From an uncultured Actinomycetes bacterium (GTDB lineage Bacteria; Actinomycetota; Coriobacteriia; Anaerosomatales; CAVRZR01), in the NCBI GenBank assembly GCA_963725795.1, contig CAVRZR010000003.1, positions 517,566-581,565 on the forward strand: DNA of 64,000 nucleotides, in the 5' to 3' direction. How positions within the stretch are numbered: position 1 is the stretch's first letter; every line of letters starts with the position of its first letter. Made by a program: the position numbers and the translations under genes. Below the pieces are notes generated by a model. It had not been told where the DNA came from and searched no databases. It saw nothing but the letters and a program-made list of their open reading frames with translations. Positions 51,117 through 60,946 of this stretch are shown one piece after another.

Positions 51117-52079
51117 ATGATGGCTCATGCGGACATGCACTCCCGAGACCGCGGCCAGCACCACGTTGCCGTGCTCGGGGGAGCGAATACCGACGTCGTC
51201 GGGCTTGCTTTCGCCCCCCTCGTCCCGCGCGACTCGAACCCCGGACACGTGCGAGTGACGGCCGGAGGTGTGGCGCGGAACATAGCCGAGAATCTGGCGC
51301 GCCTCGGCGTGGGGGTGCACTTGATCACGGCGTTCGGTGGCGACAGGAACGCACGCGATCTTGCCCAGCAGTGTCGAGATGCCGGCATCGACGTGTCGGG
51401 GTCGCTCACGGCTGCAGATCTCCCAGGAGCGGTGTACATCTCCATCGCCGACGATCGTGGGGAAATGGCGCTCGCGCTCTCCGACATGCGGGTCCTCGAA
51501 CAGATGACCCCAGATGCCATTCGAGCGCGTTCTCATATCATCGACGAGGCAGAGTTGGCTGTTGTTGACGCCAATCTGCCCGCCGAGACGATTCTGTGGC
51601 TTGCCGAACAAGTGCGCGTGCCGCTGGTTCTTGACGCCGTGTCGGTCGCGAAGGCGTCCCGGGTCCGCCCGGTGCTGCCTCGGCTGCGCGCGCTCAAGGC
51701 GAGTGGCCTCGAGGCAGGCGCCCTGCTCGGCAGGGACGTCCGCAATCGGGACCACGCACTTGAGGCGGCGCGAGAGCTCGCCTCTCTCGGCGTCGGTCAG
51801 GCGTACGTCACCTCTGGTGCCTTCGGGGTCGCTTGGGCCGACGGATCGGAATCGGGCGTGCTTCCGTCCCCTCGGGTCGACGAAGTCCGCAACTCGACGG
51901 GTGCCGGAGACGCTTTCGCGGCCGGCGTCGCGTATGGCACGCTTGAGCAGTGGCCGGCGCCACAGGCGGCCGCGTTCGGATCGGCTCTCGCTGCGCTGGC
52001 ACTCGAAAGCGAGGAATCGGTGAGTCCGAACGTCAGCAGGGAAGAAGCCTTGGCGCGCATGGACGCGCTCCTCGCATGA
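51117..52079 (+). CDS. psuK: PfkB-family carbohydrate kinase, pseudouridine-kinase-like
   Basis: 'VAVLGGANTDVVG' and 'NSTGAGDAFAAGVAYG' (PfkB signature 2). The stop overlaps the psuG start (ATGA). Confidence 0.75.
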   Translation: MMAHADMHSRDRGQHHVAVLGGANTDVVGLAFAPLVPRDSNPGHVRVTAGGVARNIAENLARLGVGVHLITAFGGDRNARDLAQQCRDAGIDVSGSLTAADLPGAVYISIADDRGEMALALSDMRVLEQMTPDAIRARSHIIDEAELAVVDANLPAETILWLAEQVRVPLVLDAVSVAKASRVRPVLPRLRALKASGLEAGALLGRDVRNRDHALEAARELASLGVGQAYVTSGAFGVAWADGSESGVLPSPRVDEVRNSTGAGDAFAAGVAYGTLEQWPAPQAAAFGSALAALALESEESVSPNVSREEALARMDALLA

Positions 52080-53057
52080 GCGGAATCCCACACTCGATCC
52101 GAAGTACTGCCTCGAACGCCTATCTCGACGTGGCGAGCGACGTATCGCGATCGCTCGCCGAAGGGGCGCCCGTCGTCGCCCTCGAGTCGACGATCATCTC
52201 CCACGGCTTCCCGTATCCCGCGAACGTCGAGTGCGCGCTCATGGCCGAGCAGGCAGTCCGCGAGTACGGGCGCGGTACCGGCGACCATCGCCATCATCGG
52301 GGGCAGGATGAAAGTCGGGCTAGCCGAGGACGAGATCGAATACCTCGGCAAGGCCGGCAGCGCCTCGGTCGAGAAGGCGAGCCGCCGGGATATCGCCACC
52401 CTCATCGCCCGCGGCGCTGACGGTGCCACTACCGTTGCGGGCACGATGCTCGTGGCCGCGCTGGCGGGCATCCGTGTCTTCGCCACCGGCGGCATAGGCG
52501 GAGTCCACCGGGGCGCGGAGCACACATTCGACGTGAGTGCGGACCTCCTCGAACTTGCCCGGACAGACGTCGCCGTCGTTTGTTCGGGCGCTAAGTCGAT
52601 CCTCGACATCGGTCCGACGCTTGAGGTGCTCGAGACGCACGGAGTGCCCGTCCTCGGCTACCGGACAGCGGATTTCCCTGCCTTCTACACCCGAACGAGC
52701 GGGTTCGGAGTGGACTCGACGATGCAGACGCCTCGCGAGATCGCGGACCTCCTCCGCATCAGGGAGCAGCTCGGGCTGACGGGCGGCGTCGTCATCGCGA
52801 ACCCCATACCGTCGGAGTACGAGCTCGACGCCGAATGGCTCGACGGCATCATCGAGCGCGCGCTCGATGATGCGGCGGAGCAGGATATCCGCGGACGCGA
52901 CGTCACCCCCTTCCTGTTGGCGAGGATCCATGGACTCTCGGGTGGCTCGAGCGAGGATGCGAACAAGCGCTTGGTCGAGGCAAATGCGCAGCTGGGAGGC
53001 GAGATTGCGCGAGAGCTTTCGTGCGCCGGCGGCTGGGAGGACGTCAGGGCCGTGTAG
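52076..53057 (+). CDS. psuG: Pseudouridine-5'-phosphate glycosidase; one extra base at about 52271
   Basis: 'VVALESTIISHGFPYPANV', then TAC GGG c GCG GTA shifts into 'AVPATIAIIGGRMKVGL...'. 'FATGGIGGVHRG' fits the IndA/PsuG family. Confidence 0.85.
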
Positions 53058-53063
53058 GTCGGC

Positions 53064-54335
53064 CTAGCGGCCGCCGCCGAGCAGCAGCGACGCATGCCTC
53101 ACGCGATTGATCGCGGACTGCGTGACCACCAGAGCCGCCTCGTGCGAGTACTCGTTGCCCGTCAGTTTGTCGAGCGGATCGCTTTGATCGAACGTTGCCG
53201 AGCTGAGCTGCCGGTCGATTCCATGCGAGGCAGCCGCGTCGCGCGCGCGCTCGATCCAAGACGCCGGAATCCTCGTCGGCACATCCCGTCCGAGCAGCAA
53301 AGCCATCGCTCCGGCCCAGATCCGAGGTACGACGGAGAACGGCTCGTATCCGCCTCCACCAGTGAGTACGATTCGGCCCCCGCACAGCTCGTCCGCGCAT
53401 CTGATGATCCCCGCCACGAGGTCGAGCTGACCCTCGACGGTCTGAGTCAGGTGCGTGAGTGGATCGGCTACGTTAGAGTCCGCTCCGATCTGAGCGACGA
53501 TCACGTCAGGGTGGAAATGGCGGAGCGCCGGTCGGATGATCTCCACGAACGCCAAGTCATAGCAGGCGGCATCCGCCCCGGGGGGAAGGGGTACGTTGAG
53601 GGTGAACCCGACCCCGCCGCCCTCGCCGATGTCATCGGCGTGTCCGGTTCCGGGGAAGAGGTAGCGCCCGGATTCGTGCACTGAAAGGGTCAGTACGTCG
53701 CTGCGGGTGTGGAACGCTTCTTCGACGCCGTCACCGTGATGGGCATCGATGTCCACGTACGCGACATGCAGCCCTTCGTGGGAACGCGTCGCGCGCTCGA
53801 TGGCTATCGCGCAGTCGTTGTAGATGCAGAAGCCTGCAGCGGACTCTCGGTGCGCATGGTGCAGGCCGCCCGCCGGGTTGAACGCCTTCGCGACACGACC
53901 GTCGAGCACTGAATCCAGGCCGAGCATCGTAGCCCCGACGGCGAGCGCTGCAGCCTCGTGCATGTCCGAGAACGTGGGGGTATCACTGTCGCCGAGCCCC
54001 ATCGCCGGCGCATCCTGCCGCGGGTCTTTACTCGCGTTTCGGACGGCGTTCACGTAGGCAGCCGAATGGAAGAGCCGCAGGTCGCTGATCGATGCAGGGC
54101 GGGGTCGTAGGACGCTTGCGCGGGGCTCGGCCGCGCTCGGACCCGCGGGTGCACGGTCGCGCTCGCCCGCGCTAGTCCGGGCGCGTGGGTCGCCAGCCGT
54201 CGACTCTGCGAGCAGTCCCCATGCTCTCATGAGCTCCACGGCGAGAGTGAAACGCTCGGGCCGCATCGGGTGGGAGGCGGCGAACCGGTAGTCGGCGAGC
54301 GCCGGATCCCATATGAGGGCCGCTGTCATCGGCAC
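53064..54335 (-). CDS. Histone-deacetylase-family protein (AcuC/acetoin-utilisation-like)
   Basis: 'AGGLHHAHRESAAGFCIYND' and 'YVDIDAHHGDGVEEAF' are the class-I HDAC/AcuC catalytic motifs. A low-complexity insert lies near the N-terminus. Confidence 0.85.
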   Translation of the reverse strand: MPMTAALIWDPALADYRFAASHPMRPERFTLAVELMRAWGLLAESTAGDPRARTSAGERDRAPAGPSAAEPRASVLRPRPASISDLRLFHSAAYVNAVRNASKDPRQDAPAMGLGDSDTPTFSDMHEAAALAVGATMLGLDSVLDGRVAKAFNPAGGLHHAHRESAAGFCIYNDCAIAIERATRSHEGLHVAYVDIDAHHGDGVEEAFHTRSDVLTLSVHESGRYLFPGTGHADDIGEGGGVGFTLNVPLPPGADAACYDLAFVEIIRPALRHFHPDVIVAQIGADSNVADPLTHLTQTVEGQLDLVAGIIRCADELCGGRIVLTGGGGYEPFSVVPRIWAGAMALLLGRDVPTRIPASWIERARDAAASHGIDRQLSSATFDQSDPLDKLTGNEYSHEAALVVTQSAINRVRHASLLLGGGR

Positions 54336-54362
54336 GCTCCAAGTGGGCTCGATTGCGTCGGG

Positions 54363-55182
54363 CTACGCAAGGGCGATGTCCAGTACCGTCATCATCGAGA
54401 AGCCTATTATCGCCGCGAGGACTGCTGAATCCGCGTGTCCGCTCCGCTGGCATTCAGGAATCAGTTCCTCGATGACCACGAAGACCATGGCACCCGCGGC
54501 AAAGGCCAGTCCGTAGGGGAGGAGTGCCGTCGAGGCGCTCACCAGGAGTGCTCCGGCGACAGCGGCGAATGGCTCGACGATCCCCGTCAGCTGGCCGAAG
54601 AAGAAGCCGCGCCTTCTGGGTTGTCCCTCGCGTACGAGTATCATCGCGACGGCCAGACCTTCGGGCAGGTTCTGAAGCCCCAATCCGAGGCCGAGGGCGA
54701 TGGTTGCGCCAAAGGATGCTTGCGGTACTCCCGCCGCAGCAGCACCCGCTGCGACACCGATGGCGAGTCCTTCGGGAATGTGGTGAAGGGTGATGGCCAG
54801 GACGATGAGGGTGCTACCGCCGCCACTTGGTGACCATTCCTTCCTCGACTTGGAGTTCGGGCCACATCCGGTGCATGTGGGGAAGGACCTTGTCCAATGC
54901 CCAGAGTCCCAAGCCGCCGGCGAGGAATCCGAGCGCCGGGGGCAGCCATGCGAACGTCCCGGATTCAGTGGCGATCTCGACCGAAGGGGCGAGCAGCGAC
55001 CAGTAGGCGGCAGCCAGCATGACCCCCGCCGAGAAGCCGAGAAGCACGTCCATCACTCGGCGGGACGGATTTCGGTGGAGGAATACTCCCGCGGCACCCA
55101 GCGCGGTCATGAAGTAAGTGAACAGTCCCGCTACGAATGCCAGCAGAACGGGGTCCAGACGCAGCGAGTAGATGGAGAACAT
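54363..55182 (-). CDS. ZIP-family (ZupT/GufA-like) metal transporter; one frame break near 54835
   Basis: N-terminal part '...LGLWALDKVLPHMH...', then a frame change into 'GSTLIVLAITLHHIPEGLAIG...GLGLQNLPEGLAV'. Confidence 0.8.
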
Positions 55183-55260
55183 GGACTAGGCATACCACAT
55201 AGGAACCGAGGCGCGTAACTCACGCGCCCCCCAACGCGACTTGTTCCGGGTCGTCAGGGG

Positions 55261-56742
55261 CTACCCGCCGAGGTTCCTGAGAGTGTCCAGCAGTCTAACC
55301 ATTGCCAGCGTGTCCGTGCTGCAGTATGCGGCAAGGTCGGCCATCACCGCCGAGCAGTCCCCGTCGTCGAGCTCGCCGGTGATCGCCTTTAGGTAGCGTA
55401 CCGATGCGGTCTCGCCGTCCTGTATCTGCAGTTCGGAGTAGGTGACATCGTCGCACCAAGCGGGCAGCACGCACTTGATGCTCGTGCGACCGTTGGTCGC
55501 AGGGTGCCGGGTCCGATTTCGGACCACTGCCTCGAGGTCGAAGAGGCGCTCCTGGAGGCGTGCGATCCTCTCGGCCACGTCGGGCGAGGACGCAGCGAGG
55601 GCAGCGAGCACCTGCCGTTCGTAGCCCGTGTAGTGGACGATCGATCCCTCGTCGCCCAGATCCTGAAGGAGTCTCTCCGTCAGCGCGCGACGCGGGTCAC
55701 CGGTGCCGGAATGCAGGTATTCGACGTGATCGACCGACCCGTCAGCGTCTTCGATGTGGATGCTGTATTGGAACGGTATGAGTTCGTACGGCCGGGTGCC
55801 CGGCCACAACGGGAGGGCGGATCTGAAGGTCTCGAAATCGAGGTGGCGCACTGGGAATTCGAGCCTTGCCAAGTCTGTGCGAACGCCGTCCGAATCGACT
55901 TCCGGTTCGCCGCGCTTCACGACGCGCACGACGGAGCGCTGAGCCGGGGTCAGTGCCGTGTAGACGTCGGGGATCTCGCCGATTGAGTAGATCCCATGCG
56001 CGAAGAGGTCTCGCAGGGCTTGATCTGAGACGCGCGGAATGTCGGTGACGGGGTGATCTGTGGGCAAGAAGGCGTGGCACCGTCCCCTGAAGTCACACGG
56101 GTAGGGACTTCGGCACTGCTGCCCAACGGCAATGCAGGGTTCCGGGCCCTCGAGAAGGCGTTTGAATCGCTCGACGTTATCCGGTACCAACGGGAGAAAC
56201 GCTCGGACCCCGGTCGTGACGTCTTCGACCGCGAACAGACGCGAGGCATCGTAGGTGCCGCCCTGGTAGACATAGCGCGAGTCGAGATGCACCACGTGCG
56301 AGCGGCGGATTCGCAGCCCGCTGCCCTCGACGACGTACGTCTGGACGGCCGCGTCCGTGATGTGTTCCGGCTTGAGCCGTGTGGAGGACTTGACTTCGTA
56401 GAGGTCGAAGAGCTCGGATCCGTCCACTCCTACGAGCAGGTCGACTCTCACCAGCAAGCCGTCGTGTATGAACGCGGGCTCGTACAGCACGCGCGCGCCG
56501 CTTCCAAGCAGGTGCGCCGTCTTCGATACCGCCTCTGCCGAGTGGCGGAAGTCCTCGGTCACCTCCACGCCGTTGGGGAAGAGGGTGTGTGCGAGACGGC
56601 CGACCTCACTCCCTCGATCGAAACGCCATTGTGTGGCCTCTGTTATCGGGTCTGCCGACTCCGGCTCGTGGACCGAAAGCCACAGCGCTTTCTCGCACTG
56701 AAGTCCTTTCTGGAACCGTGTCTTTGAGAGTCCTGCGCTCAT
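55261..56742 (-). CDS. DUF2779-type protein: Cas4/PD-(D/E)xK-like nuclease with a Cys cluster + RNase-H-like (DEDD) C-terminal domain
   Basis: ATG 56742. 'LYEVKSS' (nuclease core). Cys cluster 'CIAVGQQCRSPYPCDFRGRC'. 'RHLDFETF...IPFQYSIH' resembles an exonuclease DxE motif. Confidence 0.65.
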   Translation of the reverse strand: MSAGLSKTRFQKGLQCEKALWLSVHEPESADPITEATQWRFDRGSEVGRLAHTLFPNGVEVTEDFRHSAEAVSKTAHLLGSGARVLYEPAFIHDGLLVRVDLLVGVDGSELFDLYEVKSSTRLKPEHITDAAVQTYVVEGSGLRIRRSHVVHLDSRYVYQGGTYDASRLFAVEDVTTGVRAFLPLVPDNVERFKRLLEGPEPCIAVGQQCRSPYPCDFRGRCHAFLPTDHPVTDIPRVSDQALRDLFAHGIYSIGEIPDVYTALTPAQRSVVRVVKRGEPEVDSDGVRTDLARLEFPVRHLDFETFRSALPLWPGTRPYELIPFQYSIHIEDADGSVDHVEYLHSGTGDPRRALTERLLQDLGDEGSIVHYTGYERQVLAALAASSPDVAERIARLQERLFDLEAVVRNRTRHPATNGRTSIKCVLPAWCDDVTYSELQIQDGETASVRYLKAITGELDDGDCSAVMADLAAYCSTDTLAMVRLLDTLRNLGG

Positions 56743-56779
56743 GTGCCGACGGTAGCACTCGGGTCTGACATCGACGGGC

Positions 56780-58382
56780 CTACTTCCGGTCGACGAAGAC
56801 TGGATTGCACCAGACGTGCGAGTAATCGGTGTGAGTTCGTCTTCGCGAACACCATCTTCACGACGTAGAACGTGTCCGCGGCCGGAGCTGGCAACGACTT
56901 GGTGATCGCCGCCGCGGCGGGATTCGCGACCGACCACACCGCGACGTTGTTGCTGTTGCGGATACTCACCTCGGTGCACTTGCGGCCCGTTACGGCCCGC
57001 TGGGCGATATTGAAGATGAGCGGGGTCGTGGACGAAACGACGGCCACGCCGCCTTGTTGGATTCCGTTCACGGCGAAGTAGCCGAGATCACCGCGCCCCG
57101 AGGCGGAGGCGGCACCCGAGCGGATGGCGTCCCACACGGCGGCTCGCGTGAGCGGCGAGGTGGTTGAGCGAATCCACGTCGCGCCGGTGTCTCCGGGGAG
57201 TTGCCACGGCAGATGGGAGTCGCTGTTGGCGACCCCAACGACGAAGGCCCGGCCGGCGAGCCGGTCTCCCGTGCCGCTGCGGAGCAGTTCGAACCACTTC
57301 GCCTGCGTGCGTGTGTCGGATTGGCGCTCCTGCGACATGAGTTCGATCGCGCGAATCCCGGGTGCGCTCCAGTCTCCCCACCGATCCGCTGTAGCAGAGA
57401 ATGGATGTCCGATGACGGCGTAAGACGCGTCGGGAGCGTGCGCACTGATCGTGGCCGTCAACACGCCCGGCGCGAAATACGCGTCTCTCGGAGGGATCTT
57501 TGAATCATCGAGGGCGTAGGCTAACGCGTGGCCTTGATTCGAGACCGCCATCAGTTCGGCTCCGGGCAGCACTGGGATACGGTAGGCGGCCTCCGTGCTC
57601 GAGCAGTCCCGCTGATAGAGCCGCCAGTTCTCGTTGCCCCGACCGGCCACCGCCCAGATGCCCTTCCAGTGATCAGTCATGACTATCCAGCGGTGGCCCG
57701 AAGCCTGCGCATCGCTGACCTGAGAGGACAAGCTCCGCCAACCGTCGCTCCAGTCGCTGCTGTGGACGTGTCCGTCACCCATCGACCAAGATGGCGCCGC
57801 GGGGAGTGTTGCGACGGTGACCGCCAGCGGCAGCGCGGCGGTCGTGGGCACGCCATCAATCTCGAACGTCGCCGTTGCGGTGAAGGTGGTGGTGGTGCCG
57901 TCGCGCATTCCGAGATCGTCGACGCGCACTCTCACGTCGGACACAAGGCCGCGTGCCAGCAACGACCGCGCATCCGCCGGTTCCGTAGACGCGAGCCGAT
58001 CCAGAAGGTCGTCGGCCGAAGCATCGGGAGCACCGACGGGCCGCAGCCGGCGGCCGACGCGCACGCTACCTCGCACCTTCTGGTCCGGGCCGCTGACCGA
58101 GATGTCACGCAATTCCACTCCCTCTCGTGCGATTGCGAAGGCCGCCAGCGGTAGCGATACCTCGCGCCCCGGTACGCCGTGGACGGTGCGATCCGAGCCG
58201 ACGAGGAGCGCCGTGCGATCGGCGTTTGCGGCGTGGCGCAGGCAGTCCCGGACTGCGGGATCCGGTCGCGCGTGCTCGGGGTTCGCCGCATGCACCTCGA
58301 TCGTGGACCCGACTAGGACGCACATGAACAGGAGCGCGAAACGCGCGGAGAGCGAACGATTGAGTTCGGCAGTGACGTTCAT
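56780..58382 (-). CDS. Secreted PHP-domain (CehA/McbA-like) metallo-phosphoesterase; one frame break near 56820
   Basis: Signal peptide ...STIEVHA|ANP. PHP motifs 'GDGHVHSSDWSDG', 'VMTDH' and 'ANSDSH'. The natural C-terminus 'TDYSHVWCNPVFVDRK*' is in another frame and ends at TAG 56780-56782. Confidence 0.7.
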
Positions 58383-58473
58383 GACGACCCCCTCGGTCTG
58401 CTCGCCTGGCGCGGCGAGCCTCGTACTTCTGCTGGCGGTGAGGGGGACCGTCTACTGCGGTTAGGTGCAGCGC

Positions 58474-58905
58474 CTAAGGAATCAGGCGCACAGTGCACGC
58501 GGTTGTGGTGGCTTGGTACGCGTCGGCGGTGACGAGCGGCCCGGAGACGAGCGCGGCGAGCGCTATGAAGACGGCGTCGTGGAGCGGACGCTCCTCTTCG
58601 AACGCGATGCGAACGGACTCAGATAGCAGCATGCCCTCAAGTGGCGCAAGCAGCAGCTCAGTGCTTGCCAGAAGGTCGACCGCTTGCGACAGGCCGGCTG
58701 GCTCGACCCCGCGACGGATCAACATTTCCATGAGCTCTAGCGGAAGACTGGCGGGTGCGACCAGCGCGACCTCATCCCGGGCATGCTTGCGAAGCAGCTC
58801 CACGGCGAGATCGTCGCGATCCTCTGAGTGATCGAGCCACCTGAACGCGACCGAGGTGTCGATCACCATCGGCTCGCCGGCCCAGAGTCGCATGTCGTCA
58901 GGCAC
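58474..58905 (-). CDS. vapC: PIN-domain toxin (VapC-like)
   Basis: 'VIDTSVAFRW' (first Asp), 'LPLELMEML', 'LHDAVFIALA' and 'LVTADAY' give the PIN acidic quartet. Start is ambiguous (58905, 58893 or 58869). Confidence 0.8.
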   Translation of the reverse strand: MPDDMRLWAGEPMVIDTSVAFRWLDHSEDRDDLAVELLRKHARDEVALVAPASLPLELMEMLIRRGVEPAGLSQAVDLLASTELLLAPLEGMLLSESVRIAFEEERPLHDAVFIALAALVSGPLVTADAYQATTTACTVRLIP

Positions 58906-59203
58906 CGCCGGACCGCGCCTTCGGGCCGACGGCGCGCGGACTGCCTTCGGCCCCGCGAATCTCGCGTATCAGACCGACACCCGAGGGGCCGCTCGGGATG
59001 GTCTCTCCCAACCGTCTCAAGCCCTGGATGGCCTCCTCGATCCGGACCGATCTGAGCGAGACCTCGGAGTCGTGATCGAGCTGTGCGAGATAGCGAGCGG
59101 CTGCCTCCTGTATGAAACTGCTTCGGGTCGCGCCGGAGGCGGTCGCTCGGCGATCGATTTCCTCGAGCATGCCTTCCGGGAATGAGATATTCGCCTTGCC
59201 CAT
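58898..59203 (-). CDS. vapB: Ribbon-helix-helix (CopG/VapB-like) antitoxin
   Basis: 'KANISFPEGMLEEIDRRATASGATRSSFIQEAAARYL' is the RHH pattern. ATG 59203 follows GAGAGG. It lies immediately upstream of the PIN gene. Confidence 0.8.
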   Translation of the reverse strand: MGKANISFPEGMLEEIDRRATASGATRSSFIQEAAARYLAQLDHDSEVSLRSVRIEEAIQGLRRLGETIPSGPSGVGLIREIRGAEGSPRAVGPKARSGGA

Positions 59204-59219
59204 GTCAACCTCTCACGAA

Positions 59220-59269
59220 GTAGCACACGCGGTAGCACCATTAGTAGCACTTCCAGACTCAGGTGTCAA
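59220..59269 (-). promoter_or_regulatory. TA promoter with a triple direct-repeat operator
   Basis: On the minus strand: TTGACA (59269-59264), 18 nt, then ACTAAT (59245-59240). GTGCTAC occurs three times with 5-nt spacers (+ strand GTAGCAC at 59220-26, 59232-38, 59244-50), running from the -10 to the SD. Confidence 0.55.
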
Positions 59270-59487
59270 TGACAGCACGCGGTGGATGGCCACCCGGGTG
59301 GTCCGCGCGAGGTCCAGAGAGTCGCCTCGCGGACGCGCGGGTAGCGCGCCAAGGGGTCGCGGTTCCGCTCGCCGCGGGCGATAATCGTGTCGGCCGCTTC
59401 GCCGCTGCAATGCCGATGTGAGATTGTGCGAGGCTCTGAGCCGCTCGCCCCGGCGCTCAGCGAATACACAATGCGTGAGGAGACGAC

Positions 59488-60348
59488 GTGGAACCTGTTC
59501 AGGCCGGATCCGAGTTCGCCGTCATCACCGACAGCACCGCCGACATCCCGCCCGAGATGGCGCGGGCCAGAGGTATCGAGGTCGTGCCACTGTTGGTCAG
59601 CTTCGGCGAGGAAACCTTCCCGGACGGCTTGCTCACGCAGCCGCAGTTCTTCGAACGGATGGGCCGCAGTCCCGTCCTTCCCACGACATCGCAGCCGAGT
59701 GTCGGCGCATTCGTCGAGGTCTACGAGCGCGCTCTGGAGCGTTTCGCTTCGGTGATCTCGATCCACATCTCCTCCCGGCTTTCCGGAACCGTCGAGTCGG
59801 CGCGCGGGGCCGCCGAGCAGTTTGGCGACCGTGTGCGCGTCGTCGACTCGCTCAACCTCTCGTGGGCGCTCGCCTGGCAGGTCCGCGAAGCGGCAGCGGC
59901 AGCCGCCGAAGGGGTCAGCCTGGCCCAGACACTCGAGCGCGTGCACTCGGTTCGCGACCGCGTCAGGATGATCGTCGGCCTCGATTCGCTCGACAACCTC
60001 GCGCGCGGAGGGCGGATCGGGAGGGTCTCCGCGTTTCTCGGATCGATGCTCAATCTCAAGGTCACCCTCACCGTGGACGAGAACGGCGAATTCCAACCCG
60101 TTGCTCGGAGCCGTGGCGAGCGGGCCGCCATGGAACACACTCTCGAATGGGTGGGCCAGCAGTTGGGGTCCGCGCGCCGCGCGAAGTTCGCTGTCGGTCA
60201 CGCGCTCAGTGAGGCGCGAGCGCACAGGCTCGCCGACGCGATCCGCGAACGGTGGGACGTGACAGAGATGGTCGTCTACGAAACGGGTTCCGTCATAGCG
60301 GCTCACACGGGCACGGGATGGGGCGTGACGGTGCTTCCGGAGGTCTGA
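59488..60348 (+). CDS. DegV-family fatty-acid-binding protein
   Basis: 'FAVITDSTADIP', 'TSQPSVGAF' and 'HISSRLSGT' are DegV motifs. GTG follows GAGGAG. Confidence 0.85.
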   Translation: MEPVQAGSEFAVITDSTADIPPEMARARGIEVVPLLVSFGEETFPDGLLTQPQFFERMGRSPVLPTTSQPSVGAFVEVYERALERFASVISIHISSRLSGTVESARGAAEQFGDRVRVVDSLNLSWALAWQVREAAAAAAEGVSLAQTLERVHSVRDRVRMIVGLDSLDNLARGGRIGRVSAFLGSMLNLKVTLTVDENGEFQPVARSRGERAAMEHTLEWVGQQLGSARRAKFAVGHALSEARAHRLADAIRERWDVTEMVVYETGSVIAAHTGTGWGVTVLPEV

Positions 60349-60485
60349 CGGTCCGGCCGGCACGAAGTTGCAGTAGGCTGACAGCAGGTTCCGTGCGACG
60401 TGCGGTACCGATGACGACGGGTCTCGCCGGTTTGCGCGCGGGGCCGCGTCACGAATGAAGGGGGGCCATGGTGAGGGAGTCGACG

Positions 60486-60899
60486 ATGTCCGTGTCGCTG
60501 AGGCGTGTGTGCGTGTTGCTCGGCATCTTGATGCTTGTCGTCCTCGCAGGATGCGGCACGGCCAAACGCGTCTCTGTCACTCAGGACCAAAACGGGTCGT
60601 CGGTGACAGTGCCGAAGAACGGGACGCTTCAAGTGTCGCTGTTGGCCAACCCTTCGACGGGCTACAGCTGGACGGTGGTGGATGACGCGGGAGGGATCCT
60701 CAAGTCGCTCGGAGCCCCGTCGGCACAAGCCGTCGATCCGAGCGGCTCGTCGGCGGTCGTCGGGATGTCGGAGCGCCAGACCTTCCAGTTCGACGCTGTG
60801 GAGGCGGGCACGGGCAAGCTCACGATGGAATACAGGCGCGCGGGGGATGCCACGGTACCCGCCGAACAGACCTTCACGCTGGACGTGACCGTGGACTGA
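60486..60899 (+). CDS. Lipoprotein, chagasin/I42-family cysteine-peptidase inhibitor
   Basis: Lipobox 'LAGC'. 'LLANPSTGYSW' is the chagasin NPTTG-like motif. Ig-like size. ATG 60486 follows GAGGGAG. Confidence 0.7.
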   Translation: MSVSLRRVCVLLGILMLVVLAGCGTAKRVSVTQDQNGSSVTVPKNGTLQVSLLANPSTGYSWTVVDDAGGILKSLGAPSAQAVDPSGSSAVVGMSERQTFQFDAVEAGTGKLTMEYRRAGDATVPAEQTFTLDVTVD

Positions 60900-60946
60900 C
60901 GCCCCCCGCGCATGCACGGGGCTACCGGCCGACGTTCAGCAGGCCG

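Noticed and set aside
56739-56742. ATGA stop/start overlap suggesting translational coupling of the PHP gene and the DUF2779 gene.
   Set aside because: The overlap exists only in a frame-shifted tail. The natural PHP C-terminus (TDYSHVWCNPVFVDRK*) is in another frame and stops at 56780, leaving a 37-nt gap.
55261-59269. Interpreting PHP + DUF2779 + vapBC as a novel anti-phage defence island.
   Set aside because: The PHP protein is secreted. The genes are not demonstrably co-transcribed once the frame break is corrected. The flanks are housekeeping genes (ZIP transporter, DegV). There are no helicase, ATPase, methylase or integrase partners. The evidence is insufficient.
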